A stretch of DNA of 64,000 nucleotides, taken from contig NC_057718.1 of NCBI RefSeq assembly GCF_004010195.1, positions 96,254,686 through 96,318,685 on the forward strand, written 5' to 3'. Under the pieces are notes generated by a model. That model was not told the origin of the DNA. It saw only the letters and a list, made by a program, of their open reading frames with translations, and searched no databases. The stretch comes from Chiloscyllium plagiosum. Taxonomy: Eukaryota. Each line of letters opens with the position of its first letter. The stretch's first letter is position 1. Positions 50,525 through 63,093 of the stretch are shown one piece after another. Both the position numbers and the translations under genes were made by a program.

Positions 50525-51677
50525 TCATTCTGTTCCTATATGTTCTCCGCAGAGACAGGTGTTGTGCCTACCACACAGTGTGTTTAAATTCTTATACTCC
50601 ATAAAAAAACTCTGAGTGAATTCCTAATAATGATACACAATCATACTTGTTTATTTGACATAGTTAGTATTAGAACAATAAAGTATGCTATAAACTAATG
50701 ATAAATACTACAAACTATCTTATGTTTTAATTTAAGTTTGTATGACCATATGCTACCACACTCGAACTTGGCCGGGCACCACTAGGCCTGGTCTCCTCCC
50801 AAGGGTCGCATGCGTGTCTTTTCTTTTGTAATTATTCTTGATGTACTTCTTAGAACAGGGTTTTTGCAGAGATTCTTATCCTTCAAAGTCTTCACGCCCT
50901 TTTGGGAGGGCCTTGAGGATCTGCCAATGGGAAAGATCAGGTTCAATTGCCCGGATCGATCAGACCCAACCAGGGGTTGACATATTGATGGCAGGGTGGC
51001 CCTTTGGTGTCCATTATGGTAGGCGCTGGGCGCACGTAACCTTCTCCAAATAAGGGTGCGAGGCGCCTCCGTGTCTGGTGGATGACTCGATGTTCCTGAT
51101 TGTCCCGAGGATGACATTCCATTGTCCCATTCAAGTCCAATTTCAGGTGTGTATTGCAGTGTGTGTAGCTGTCAGGTTTGTTTGCGCACTATCTGTGGGC
51201 AAATGGGGCCTGTCTGGGTGGACACAGTCACCTCAGTCAAGGCTGGCTTCCATTTCCCAGCATGCTTTAATTTACAGGCTATTTCATCGAAGTTCATTAT
51301 AAATCGGTCATTTTGGGCAGCTTGTCCAGCTACACAAGAGGCATGGAAGAGGTGTTCAAAGCCATGAGGACAGTGGTTGTCCCATTGGTAGAAGGACAAA
51401 GAAACAGAGAACACCAATTCAGGGTAAGTAGTAAAATGGCCAAAAGTGACATGTGGAAGGTCTTTTTTTCATAAAGCTGCATATTTTTAATTCAGAGGTG
51501 GGAAGATTTTTGATGAGCAAGGGGATGAAAGATTATTGGGGATATCAGGAATGTCGAGTTGCGGTTAAAATCAGGTCAGCCGCAGTCTAATTGAATGGTG
51601 GAGCAAGCTCAAAGGACTGAGAGGCTGGCTCTTGTTCCTTGTTTGTAGGATGGTAAAGGCATGATAGACTGAACAAC

Positions 51678-51966
51678 ATAGAATCCCTACAGTATGGAAG
51701 CAGGCCATTTGGTCCATCGAGTCCATACTACCTCTCCGAAAAGCATCCACCCCAATCCACCCACCCTATCCTTGTAAATCTGCATATCCCATGGCTAATC
51801 CACATAACCTGCATATCTTTGGACTGTGGGAGGAAACCGGAGCAAACCCATGCAGACACGGGGAAGAATGTGCAACCTCCACACAGACAGTCACCCGAGG
51901 CTGGAATCAAACCTGGGTCCTTGATACTGCGAGGCAACAGTGCTAACCACTGAGTCACAGTGCCAT
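51678..51966 (-). mobile_element. HE1-type SINE
   Basis: Reverse-complement match. Confidence 0.87.
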
Positions 51967-54731
51967 CCTTGAACTGAATGGCCTCCTTCCAATACTATGA
52001 AGTGTTAGCCACATTGCTGTAGGTCTGCAATTATCTTTAGGCCAGGTAAGGTCTGGAGTCTCCTTTCCTCAAAGAGATTAATGAACCTAATAGGCTTTCA
52101 CAACAATTGATGATAGTGGACGTGCTCTCCATTACTAAAACCAGCTTTACATTCTAAATTTAGTCAGTGAATTCAAAGTCCACTATTGGCAGTGGTAGGA
52201 TTTGTACTCAGTCCCCAGACCATGAGGCTGGGCCTCTGGATTACTGCGACACCACTATTGTCACCACCTCCCTTAAATAGTTGTGCATTTTACAAGGGAA
52301 TTTGAGAAATATCTCGACAGAAGATCGTAAATGGGACTTGTGGAATTGCTCTTGCACAGAAAGAATGGTCTGTGCTGTAACCATTCTTTGAATCCATGTA
52401 ACAGCGTTGGGAGATTGTCAGAAGTCCATCAAGATGTTCAACCTTCTTGTGATGGTGTTTCAAAAGAGATGAATGAACAGGAAAAGATGGCTATGGTACT
52501 TGACATCACGCAGAAAAGCTTTTGCATAAAACTGCAGAATAAGACAGTGATGGCAGGCCAGGAATAAAATACTTGAACCAATATAGGAGTTTTTAACTTT
52601 TTTTACCTAGTGTTATATACTCGGCTGATGAGTTTCCTGATTTTCGTTTGGTGGAGCATACGGTTTGTATTAATTCAAACCACGTTGTTGTACGGCCCAA
52701 AGCATCGTATCACAATGGGAATGAATGAAGAGGAGCGCTGGCTAATGAATAACGGACAATATTCCATTATTGCACAACTGGTATCCAAGGCATTCTTATT
52801 AAAAGTGCATTGACAAAATGACAATGCTTTGAAAAATCCCGAATCGGTGCACAATGAGAGATGACAGCCAGTGCACGATTATCTAATGATGTGAATTGCG
52901 CTTGGGCATATTTTACTCATTAAAATGAAACTTTAGTCTAAGTTGGTGTTGTATTTTGCCTGCTGGAAATCATTTCACTGTGTGATCTTTGCACAGGAAC
53001 AGCCCACTGTTGGGTATTTTTTCTTTGTGAACACTTCAGTCTTTTGTCTTGAAGGGTGTATGAGGTAGAGTGAGTTGCTGTGGTTTGGATAAGGGTAGAG
53101 CAAGTTGGAGAGAGGTAAAGTCTGCATTACCAGCCTAATCGATTCCTCAGACAACAGTGGCAGTGCACATTCCACAGGATAGCAGCTGACCTGTAGGATT
53201 CATAGTCAACTGTCTAACAAAATACCTTGGCTTAAACTGAATGTACCTGCAGCAGGATTATTTAAAACCAAAGCAAGACCTTTCTATATGTCAATGTAAA
53301 CACTAGGCTAAGCATTGCTATTTCAATATCTGATTAGTAATGATTAATACCTGCTACTTGTTCTGCCATTTACAGAAATATAGCACAGCAATATTATGTT
53401 ACACATGTCACAAAGACTGCTCCCAAAAAAGGGAAAAACAGACAAAAAAGGTGGAAATTAAGGCGTAATTAGGTTTTGAAAAGCAACATAATTATAGTTG
53501 ATTAAAAAATGCTCCGATCTGTTCCAAATAAGTTGTATAATTACAATTTCTATAGGGAAACATCTAAAAGTTTTCACAATTACCACAAATGTAATATTTA
53601 AGGAAGACCTGACTGCCCAGATCCTCTATGTAAACTTGCACGGTGCAGGACTGTATAACATTTGTGCGAATGTGTACGCGGATGTATGAGGGAATTGCTC
53701 GCCAGATATTGACAGCTTTGTAATGTTTGCTGCTTTAATAGCTTTTCAAAAAAACAGTTTGAACCACACACAGGGCTTTCATTGTCTTGGTACAGGAAGA
53801 GATGAGGGAAAAAAAGGAATTGGGGAAGCAAATAATTTGAAAAACCATCTGTCGGGTGCACGACTGTTGACTTTTCCTGGACCCTATGAGTGACTTTTAA
53901 CACATAACCTTTAAGCAAAAAGTAATATTCATGTTTTTTTTTTTATCTGGTTGTTGCTTCCTCCCAATCTATAAGGTCTCCCCTTCTCTGTCAAAGAATT
54001 CAAGCTAAGATTGGATTGTACAGGCACGTGGAATTCCTTATGTAAAAATAACTATTTTATTCTTAAACGGGAAATGGGTGTCCCTGGCGAAACCAGGATT
54101 TGTTGCCTTTGAACTAATTACATACCAAGTCATTACAGAAGGAAGTTAAGAGTCAACTCAGTCATTGCTGTGTGTCTGATGTCACAAGCAGAGCAGACAA
54201 TATGGCATATTTCCTTCTGACAAATGTATTAGGGAGTAAATGGTTTCTTACAACAATCAATGGTAGTTCAGGGTCACCATTACTGAGATGAGTTTTCAAT
54301 TACAGATTTTATTAATTAGATTTAAATTCATGAGCCTGATGGCACTTGAACCCATTTAACTCCAGGGCCATTAGATTATTTGGTGACTTATTATCACAAT
54401 GTCAATTTCGCCCCTTGTCTTCCAGCGTTAGGTTGGTACAAGTAGATATCTTGCATGAACCTGACCCTGTCCTTACCACTCATAAACCCTTGCATTTTTG
54501 AACAGAAATTATTGGATAACAATTGAGGAGAAGGAATTACTGTATGGCAAACTTTGTTTTAAAATGAACTTTATAGACCGGTACTCTCTATAAACTGGCA
54601 AAAATTATTTAACTCAAATGCAGCAAAATGTTCTGTATTATTCTGTCCAACTGTTAAAGACTTTTTAAACTTTATTTACCTCTGTATAAATATGCATGTT
54701 GACACAAAATATCCCCCTTACACCCACCCCC

Positions 54732-54766
54732 AGTCCTGATGAAAGGTTACACCCGAAATGTTGACT
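54732..54766 (+). ncRNA. Minimal hammerhead motif in a PLE subfamily C terminal repeat (54715-54822)
   Basis: agtc-CTGATGA-aaggttacaccc-GAAA-tg-TT-gact; 4-bp stem I, one stem II mismatch. Confidence 0.62.
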
Positions 54767-55117
54767 TCACCAGCACCTAATGCTGCCTGGCTTGCTGTGT
54801 TTTCCAGCCTCCTGCTTGTCTATACAAAATATCAACAGCTGATTCAATTTCAATTCGATTTCTCCTCAAATTCCATGATCTACTGCAATGTGCAAGTCGT
54901 CAGTTAAGGGTACAAGTGAGAAGGCTATCTGTCGGTAAACTTTAGAAGTTGCACTTTATTTAAGTTATTTATCCTTTAAAGAAAATAAATCAGTGATGTG
55001 TATACCTCCTGCATTACTTCTCTTATTTAGTGCATACTTTTACGTGATGATGTGAACCTCTTGATTATCCGGAATATTTGATTAACCAGACATACCCTTA
55101 CTCCCATAATAGACAAT

Positions 55118-55478
55118 CGACAATAGGTGCAGGAATAGGCCATTCTGCCCTTCGAGCCTGCACCACCATTCAATATGATCATGGCTGATCATCCTTAATC
55201 AGTATCCTGTTCCTGCCTTATCTCCATAACCCTTGATTCCACAATCCTTGAGAGCTCTAACCAACTCTTTCTTAAATAAATCCAGAGANNNNNNNNNNNN
55301 NNNNNNNNNNNNNNNNNNNNNNCCATCAGTGGAAACATGTTTCCTGCCTCCAGAGTGTCCAATCCTTTAATAATCTTATATGTCTCAATCAGATCCCCTC
55401 TCAGTCTTCTAAACTCAAGGGTATACAAGCCCAGTCCCTCCAATCTTTCAGCGTAAGGTAGTCCCGCCATTCCAGGAA
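55118..55478 (-). mobile_element. CR1 3' end (young, same subfamily as 3056-3455); contains N gap 55289-55322
   Basis: LYTLEFRRLRGDLIETYKIIKGLD. Confidence 0.92.
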
Positions 55479-55931
55479 TATCAGTACACTACTATAAGTG
55501 CTGGATGATAAAATGTTTGCTTTATTTCCTTTGCAGAGCTTGAGTCTAGTTGTTGTACTCCAACCGCTACCCAATTGGTGTCTCCTCTGGGATTTGACTG
55601 ATCCATATGGCTCAATAAATGCCACACCAAGTAACCTATTGAGTCACTGGGAATAGCTGTTGAAGTGTACAAGGAACTGATCTCGGTAATCAGAGCTATT
55701 TGTTGATCTGTGTACAGGGCAGATTGAGATTCCCACATTTTGAATTAAATCCTTCGACAGTCTACCAGAAACCTGAACCCACTTCCTGCAATGTCATTGG
55801 ATATCCTAATGACAGGAGCTACCTTATTCAACAATTTTCTGACGCAATGGTAATTTTTTATTTATTCATTTGTGGGACTTGGGCGCCACTGGCTGGCCAG
55901 CATTGATAGCCCATCCCTATTTGCCCTTGAG

Positions 55932-56868
55932 AAGTTTGCCGATGATACGAAGTTAGGTGGACAGACAGATAGTACTGAGGAAGTGGGGAGGCTGCAGANN
56001 NNNNNNNNNNNNNNNNNNNNNNNNNNNNNNNNNNNNNNNNNNNNNNNNNNNNNNNNNNNNNNNNNNNNNNNNNNNNNNNNNNNNNNNNNNNNNNNNNNNN
56101 NNNNNNNNNNNNNNNNNNNNNNNNNNNNNNNNNNNNNNNNNNNNNNNNNNNNNNNNNNNNNNNNNNNNNNNNNNNNNNNNNNNNNNNNNNNNNNNNNNNN
56201 NNNNNNNNNNNNNNNNNNNNNNNNNNNNNNNNNNNNNNNNNNNNNNNNNNNNNNNNNNNNNNNNNNNNNNNNNNNNNNNNNNNNNNNNNNNNNNNNNNNN
56301 NNNNNNNNNNNNNNNNNNNNNNNNNNNNNNNNNNNNNNNNNNNNNNNNNNNNNNNNNNNNNNNNNNNNNNNNNNNNNNNNNNNNNNNNNNNNNNNNNNNN
56401 NNNNNNNNNNNNNNNNNNNNNNNNNNNNNNNNNNNNNNNNNNNNNNNNNNNNNNNNNNNNNNNNNNNNNNNNNNNNNNNNNNNNNNNNNNNNNNNNNNAG
56501 ATAATACATGGCTTGGAAAGGGTGGATGCTGGGAAATTGTTTCCGTTGAATGGCGGAGGAGACTAAAACCCGTGGACACAGCCTTAGAATTAGAGGGGGT
56601 AAATTCAGAACAGAAATGCGGAGACATTTTGTCATCCAGAGAGTGGTGGGCCTGTGGAATTCATTGCCGCAGAGTGCAGTGGAGGCCGGGACGCTAAATG
56701 TCTTCAAGGCAGAGATTGATAAATTCTTGATGTCACAAGGAATTAAGGGCTACGGGGAGAATGCAGGTAAGTGGAGTTGAAACACCCATCAGCCATGATT
56801 GAATGGCGGAGTGGACTCGATGGGCCGAATGGCCTTACTCCAATGTCTTATGGTCTTATGGTCTTATG
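55932..56868 (+). mobile_element. CR1 3' portion spanning N gap 55999-56498
   Basis: KFADDTKLGG before the gap; TRGHSLRIRG..WNSLP after it; (tcttatgg)n tail. Confidence 0.9.
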
Positions 56869-56869
56869 G

Positions 56870-57495
56870 AGAAGGTGGGGGTGAGCTGCCTTCTTGAATC
56901 GCTGCAGACCACTTGCTGTGGGTTGACCCACAATGCCATTAGGGAGGGATTTCCAAGATTTTGACCCAATGACTGTGAAGGAACGATGGTATATTTCCAA
57001 GTCAGGGTGGTGACAGGAACTTGCAGGGGGTGGTGTTCCCAAGTACCTGCTGCCCTTGTCCTTCTAGATGGAAGTGGCCGTGCATTTGGAAGCTGCTGTC
57101 TAAGGATCTTTGGTGAATTTCTACAGTGCATCCTGTAGATAGTACACACTGCTGCTACTGAGTACCGGTGGTGGAGGGATTAAATGTTTGTAGATGTGGT
57201 GCCAATCAAGCGGGTTACTTTGTCCTGGATGGTGTCAGGCTTCTTGAGTGTTGTTGGAGCTGCACCCATTCAGGCAAGTGGGGAGTATTCCATCGCACTC
57301 CTGACTTGTGCTTTGTAGATGGTGGACAGGCTTTGGGGAGTCAGGAGGTGAGTTACTCGCCACAGTATCCCTAGTCTCTGACATGCTGTTGTCACCACTG
57401 TGTTTATGTGGTGAGTCCAGGTGAGTTTCTGGTCAATGGTAACCCGAAGGATGTTGACAGTGGGGGGATTCAGTGATGGTAATACCATTGAATTT
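56870..57495 (-). mobile_element. L2/CR1-like LINE 3' fragment
   Basis: ILRVTIDQKLTWTHHI..QRLGILWRV..IYKAQVRSAMEYSP. Confidence 0.8.
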
Positions 57496-58472
57496 AATCC
57501 ACTCAAGACCTGACTAAGATAATTAGCTAGCACAGGAGATCTTTGCATTCATTTTATTAATTGCACAAATTCATTGGAGTTTTGGATGATTAATGTTTCT
57601 CCCTAGGGTTTTGTTATTCCTTTCATTTTTAATCCTGGAATCGGTGCCAGAATGACTAGGAGCCGTTCTCCAGCAGTAGGTCACCCACCAACAGAACACG
57701 GACAACTCTCTTTCTGAGGCTTGTATTTGATGCTGCCATCTTCCCTCACATAATGAGGCGTTAACTCACTTTCTGCACCTCAACCCAGCGACAAAGACTC
57801 AAGTCTAGAGAGGCAGTGGAATTGGGACACTGAGTGTTGGAGAAAAGGCTGCAGAGTCAGGCTTGCATTAAAAATCCACTCAAAGTTTGGGTTTTAGTGC
57901 ACTGCCTATTCAAATAAAAGAGCAGGGGAGATCTCCTTGGGGTCCTGTTCAATATTTATCCTTAATCTCTTAACTAATGTCACTCAAAAAACAATTGACA
58001 AGTCAGAATCATATTACTGTTTTGGGAGCTTGCTCCACACAAATGGACTGCCAGAACATTGTCCATTATTCAAAAGTGCAGGTCTTCATTGGCTGAAGAG
58101 CACTGTGGGAGATCTTAACTTTACGATTGGTGCTATGGAAATGCAAGTTTTTCTCTCATAGCTCATCTGTCTGAGATAGCTAAATATTTACTTCCCAAAA
58201 AATAATAGTTAATCATAGAATCATACAAGTCAGAAGACGCCGTTTCTTCTATTAAGTCTGTCCCTTCAAATCTACATCTCTTTACTGCAATAGGCCCAAA
58301 CCTTGAATGCTATGACACTTCAAATGGTCATCCCAGTACTTCCGAAAGGCTGTGAGGTTTCCCGCCTCAACTACCATCTCATGCAATGCATTCTGGATCT
58401 TTATCATCCTCTGGGTGAAAGGATACTTCCTCAAATCTCCTCTAAACCTCCTGCCGTTCATCTTAGAATTAA

Positions 58473-58661
58473 GGAGCAAGCAAGGACTGCAGATGCTGGA
58501 GATCAGGGTCGAAAAACGTGGTGCTGGAAAAGCTCAGCAGGTCAGGCAGCATCCGAGGAGCAGGATTCCTGATGAAGGGCCCATGCTCGAAACGTCGACT
58601 CTGCTGCTCTGTGGATACTTGCCTGACCTGCTGTGCCTTTCCAGTGCCACACTTTTCGAAC
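58473..58661. mobile_element. PLE subfamily A fold-back mini-element inside a minus-strand CR1 (58215-59080)
   Basis: TSD ctta(g/a)aattaa at 58462-58472 and 58662-58672; hammerhead core CTGATGA 58569-58575, GAAA 58589-58592, GTC site ending 58596. Confidence 0.85.
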
Positions 58662-59868
58662 CTTAAAATTAACCCCCCCCCTCCCCACCTTGTTATTGAC
58701 CCTTCGACTAAGGAAACAGTTGCTTTCTATTCAGCCTGCCCATGACATTCATAATCTTATACACTTCTATTCGAATGCCCCTGCGCGCGTGCGTGTACAC
58801 ACACACACACACCCTACTCCAACCCCACAACCTATTTTGGTCAGCATGGACCGGTTTGGGCCAAAGGGCCTGATCTCCGTATTGTAGGACTCTATGACTT
58901 ATAAAACATGAGCCTATCCGCAGCGAACGTGCTCCGGCTTGGGCAACATCCTGGTGAATCTCCTCTGCACATCCTCCAATGCAATCATATCCTTCCCAAT
59001 GCCTGGTGACCAGAAGCGCACACAGTACTCCAGCTGTGGCCTAACCAAAGTTCTGCACAGCTCCAACATGACCTCCCCGCTCTTTGAATCTATTGCACTA
59101 AAATTCTGCATGGATGGCAGAACCTCATGCCATTAAATGACAGATTCCTGTAGAAACTGTGAGGCTGATGTTGAGAGCCAATATGTGATCCCTGTTCCTA
59201 CATTTTTCCCCCTGCTGAATCAGAGATTATTTTTCACTAAATGGAGTGACACCAAATGGAGGAGTTTCTAATCAGTGAGAATGATGTGTGTTAAACTTTC
59301 TCATTCAGTTTTAAGACCATAAGACATAGGAGCAGAAATTAGGCCATTCAACCCATTGAATCTACTCTGCCATTCAATCATGTGACTGGAAGAACACAGC
59401 AAGCCAGGCAGCATCAGGAGGTGCAGAAATCAATGTTTCATGTGTAATCCTTTTTTAGGTGAACATTTGGCTATTCTGATTCTGATCTCCCACCTCTTTT
59501 GTTGTTTAGAGTTAAAGCAATTAGACATTTACTCCCTGGCATTCTGAGGTATTTGAAGAAGTATAGTTCCTGATCAATCATAGATCCATGTAATAATCTG
59601 TCAGGTTTACGAGAGATTGTCAAGTATTGTAGATTTACTCCGTGATGTATTAATTAAACTTGATGGAAAACTGGTATATCTGAATCTTTGGAGGCAAGAA
59701 ACATTCAATATTGGAGTGTGTGGAACAAAATAGATTCTGTTATCTTGATTGGAAAGATCCCACTGCTACTGTATGGAATGACGGCTAGGTGAATCTCATT
59801 GGCTATGACCTCCTTGACTGGGTTTGTTAACCTGGACCAATCAGGGAGCCCTGGCTGACAGATATAAA

Positions 59869-61310
59869 TGGGCGATTACATGGGGGGGGGACCGACAGCC
59901 AGAAGGGGAGTAGGTGTGAGCTGCCTTAGAGTGGCTAGAAGGTGGGAGGGATGGGAGGCTTGCTGGATCTGTATTGTCTGCACTTTTGTATGTAACAGTA
60001 TTGTCTAATGTACAAATGTCGTTGTCACTTGTCTTGTCCTATGTGGAACTGGGATTTGAGGTTTGTCCTCATCTCCCTGTAAACTGGTTGAACGGTAGGG
60101 TTTGGGGCCTAGCTTTGCTGCTCCTCTCCCTTGTAAAATTGCTGTCTCTTGTGCACAGCTGTAAATGTTTTTTGTAAACTTTTTTGTAATTTGTTTAATA
60201 AAATAAAAATAATAAACAGGAGATTCAGAGTCTCCACAGTTTACGGGAAAAAAATAAATAAATGGGGGATTACATGGGGGGAACCGAGAGCCAGAAGGGG
60301 AGTAATCGTGAGCTGCATTAGTGGCTGGAAGGCAGGAGGGATGGGAGGCTTGCTGGGTCTGTATTGTCTGCACTTTTGGATGTTACAGTATTGTCTAATG
60401 TACAATGTCAACGTCGCTGTCTTTTCATATGTGGAACTGGGATTTGAGGTTTGTCCTCATTCCCTGTAAACTGGTTGAACGGTAGGGTTTGGGGCCTAGC
60501 TTTGTCATTCCTCTCCCTTGTAAAATTGCTGTATCTCTGTTCATAGCTGTTAATGTTAACTGTTTTGTAAACTGTGTATTGTTCAACAAAATATAAATGG
60601 GGGATTACATGGGACGGACAGAGAGCCAGAAGTGGGGTAGTGATGGGCTGCCTTAGAGTGGCCTTAAGGTGGGAGGGGCGGGAGGCTTGCTGGGTTGCTG
60701 GGGGATGGGGGTCTGTATTCTATGCACTGTTTCTTATCTAATTGGATTGACTTATATGTGCCTGTTACTGTGTTGTGATGATGGAAAGTGGGATTTGGGG
60801 TTTGCCCTCATTTCCCTGAAAACTGGTTGAACGATGGAGTTTAGGGCTTGGCTTTGCCATTCCTCTCCCTTGTAAAATTGCTGTTTCTCTGTATACAGCT
60901 GTTAATGTTAACTGTTGGTAAACTGTACTGTTTCTAATAAAATAAAGAAAGGGGATTACATGGAGTGGACCGAGAGCCGGAAGAGGCAAAGGGCGGGTTG
61001 CCTCAGAGTAGCTGGAAGGTGGGAGGGACTGGGGGTTTTCTGGGTTACCAGGGGTGTCTGTGATATATGTTCTGTTTTATTGTTCGGCTTATTGGACTGT
61101 CTGTATGTGATTGCGTTTACTGTTTCCTTTTTGACATAATAATGTGGGATTTGAGGTTCATCCTCTTTTCCCTCTGAACGGTTATACAGAGGGGTCTGGG
61201 GTCTGGCTTTACTGCCTCTTTCCCTGTAAATTGCTGTTTCTTGTAGACTGCTGTTCATTGTTAACTGTTTGTAATTTGTACTGGTTAATAAAATAACAAA
61301 AATATATAAA
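59869..61310 (+). repeat. Four tandem diverged ~335-395-bp A-tailed units
   Basis: Units start (t)gggg/gggc-gattacatgg at 59869, 60263, 60598 and 60951; share cccttgtaaaattgctgt; end in aataaa/A-rich tails. Confidence 0.9.
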
Positions 61311-61356
61311 CAAGAGATTCAGAGAGTGTCTTCATTCTAGGGACTGGCTCTGAGCT

Positions 61357-61586
61357 AGGCAGAAGTGGGCACTGCAGATGCTGGAGATCAGAGTCAAAAT
61401 TAGAGGGGTGCTGGAAAAGCACAGCAGGTCAGGCAGCATCCGAGGAGCAGGAAAATCAACGTTTCAGACAAAAGCCCTTCATCAGGAATGAGGTCGTTTC
61501 TGATGAAGGGCTTTTGCACGAAACGTCAATTTTCCTGTTCCTCAGATGCTGCCTAACCTGCTGTGCTTTTCCAGCATCATTCTAAT
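61357..61586. mobile_element. PLE subfamily A fold-back mini-element
   Basis: 14-bp TSD actggctctgagct at 61343-61356 and 61587-61600; hammerhead cores on both strands around 61455-61530. Confidence 0.88.
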
Positions 61587-62357
61587 ACTGGCTCTGAGCT
61601 GGCTGGTGGACTGTGCTCATGTAAATGAAGGGTAACTTGATGATGGGATACCAGCCTCCATGAAATTATTTCACACTGTAACTCACTGTGTTTAAACTGA
61701 ACTGAGGGCAGCAGATGGGCAACAAATTAAACATGCTGCTAATTCTAAAAGTTAAAGAGGTTTGAAAATTGATCCACTGGTCCCAAATATTTTTTTCACT
61801 TAATCATGGGATAAGGGTGTTGCTGGTAAGGCCACCATTTATTGCTCATCCCCGATTGCCCAGAAAGCAATAAGGATTCACATGTAGGCCAGACCAGGTA
61901 AGAGTAGCAACTTTGCTTCCTAAAGGGCATTAATGAACCAGATGGGTTTTTCTCCTCTGACAACTGATTCATGGTTATCATTAAACTCTTAATTGCTGAT
62001 TCTTTATTCCACTATGGTCTGATTTGTACACCGGTCCTGAGAACATTACCTCAGTTGTTTGATTGGTAGTAATGCCACCAGGCCATCACCTTCCCCACGT
62101 CCCTGCCCCCTCCCCACCCCCCATGAACTGACATTATATGTTAGATATGGTGCACAAATTAATGTTTGATTCACATTAACTTGCAAAAAAGAATATCACA
62201 GGCAAAAACAAAAAGAAAAAAAGTATTATGTTCAGGTCAATGAAAAATAGCCTCTTGCAATCAGTCTTCCTTGAATCTACAGTTTCCACGACTGTTTTGA
62301 GCTGCAGTATTGGGTGTAAAGCATTCATATTAATCGACCTTACTTGGCTATAGTTTG

Positions 62358-62567
62358 GAGGAAGGAAAGACTGCAGATGCTAGAGATCAGAGTCGAAGAA
62401 TGTGGTGCTGGAAAAACACAGCCGGTCAGGCAGCACCCGACGAACAGGAGAATTGAGGCTTTAGGCATAAGCCCTTCCTGATGAAAGGCTTATACTCAAA
62501 ATGTCGACTCCTGCTCCTCGGATGCTGTCTGACCGGCTGTGCTTTTCCAGCACCACATTCTTCGACT
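62358..62567. mobile_element. PLE subfamily A fold-back mini-element
   Basis: 15-bp TSD cttggctata(g/a)tttg at 62343-62357 and 62568-62582. Confidence 0.85.
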
Positions 62568-62807
62568 CTTGGCTATAATTTGACAAATCCTGAGGGCAGT
62601 TGGCACTTGAACCCAGATGTTCTGGCCCTGAGGTGCAATAATTATTTTTGATCTCAGCTGATAAATTGACCCACTGCCTGCCTGACAATTGAACATAGAG
62701 TGCGCACAATCTCAAATACATTAGATGTATTTTAAAACTATGTTGAAAACTGGATGTAACCTTTCACAAAAAAAAAAGACTGGGAACAGGATTTCGTGAT
62801 GATGGTT

Positions 62808-63093
62808 TTAGATTAGATTACTTACAGTGTGGAAACAGGTCCTTCAGCTCAACAAGCCCACACCGACCCGCCGAAGCACAACCCACCCAGACCCATTCCC
62901 CTACACCTAAAACTACAGGCAATTTAGCATAGCCAATTCACCTAACCTACACATTTTTGGACTGTGGGAGGAAACCCATGCAGACACAGGGAGAATGTGC
63001 AAACTCCACACAGTCAGCCGCCTGAGGTGGGAATTGAACCTGGGTCTCTAGTGTTGTGACGTAGCAGTGCTAACCACTTTGCCACTGTGCGGC
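62808..63093 (-). mobile_element. HE1-type SINE
   Basis: Reverse-complement match with tagat tail. Confidence 0.88.

Noticed and set aside
52331..52567. 78-aa ORF as a host exon
   Set aside because: It resembles a very decayed CR1 RT segment (..VLDITQKSF..) and lacks clear splice sites.
55862..56707. ORFs of 210-281 aa
   Set aside because: They are artifacts of the 500-N gap at 55999-56498 inside a CR1.
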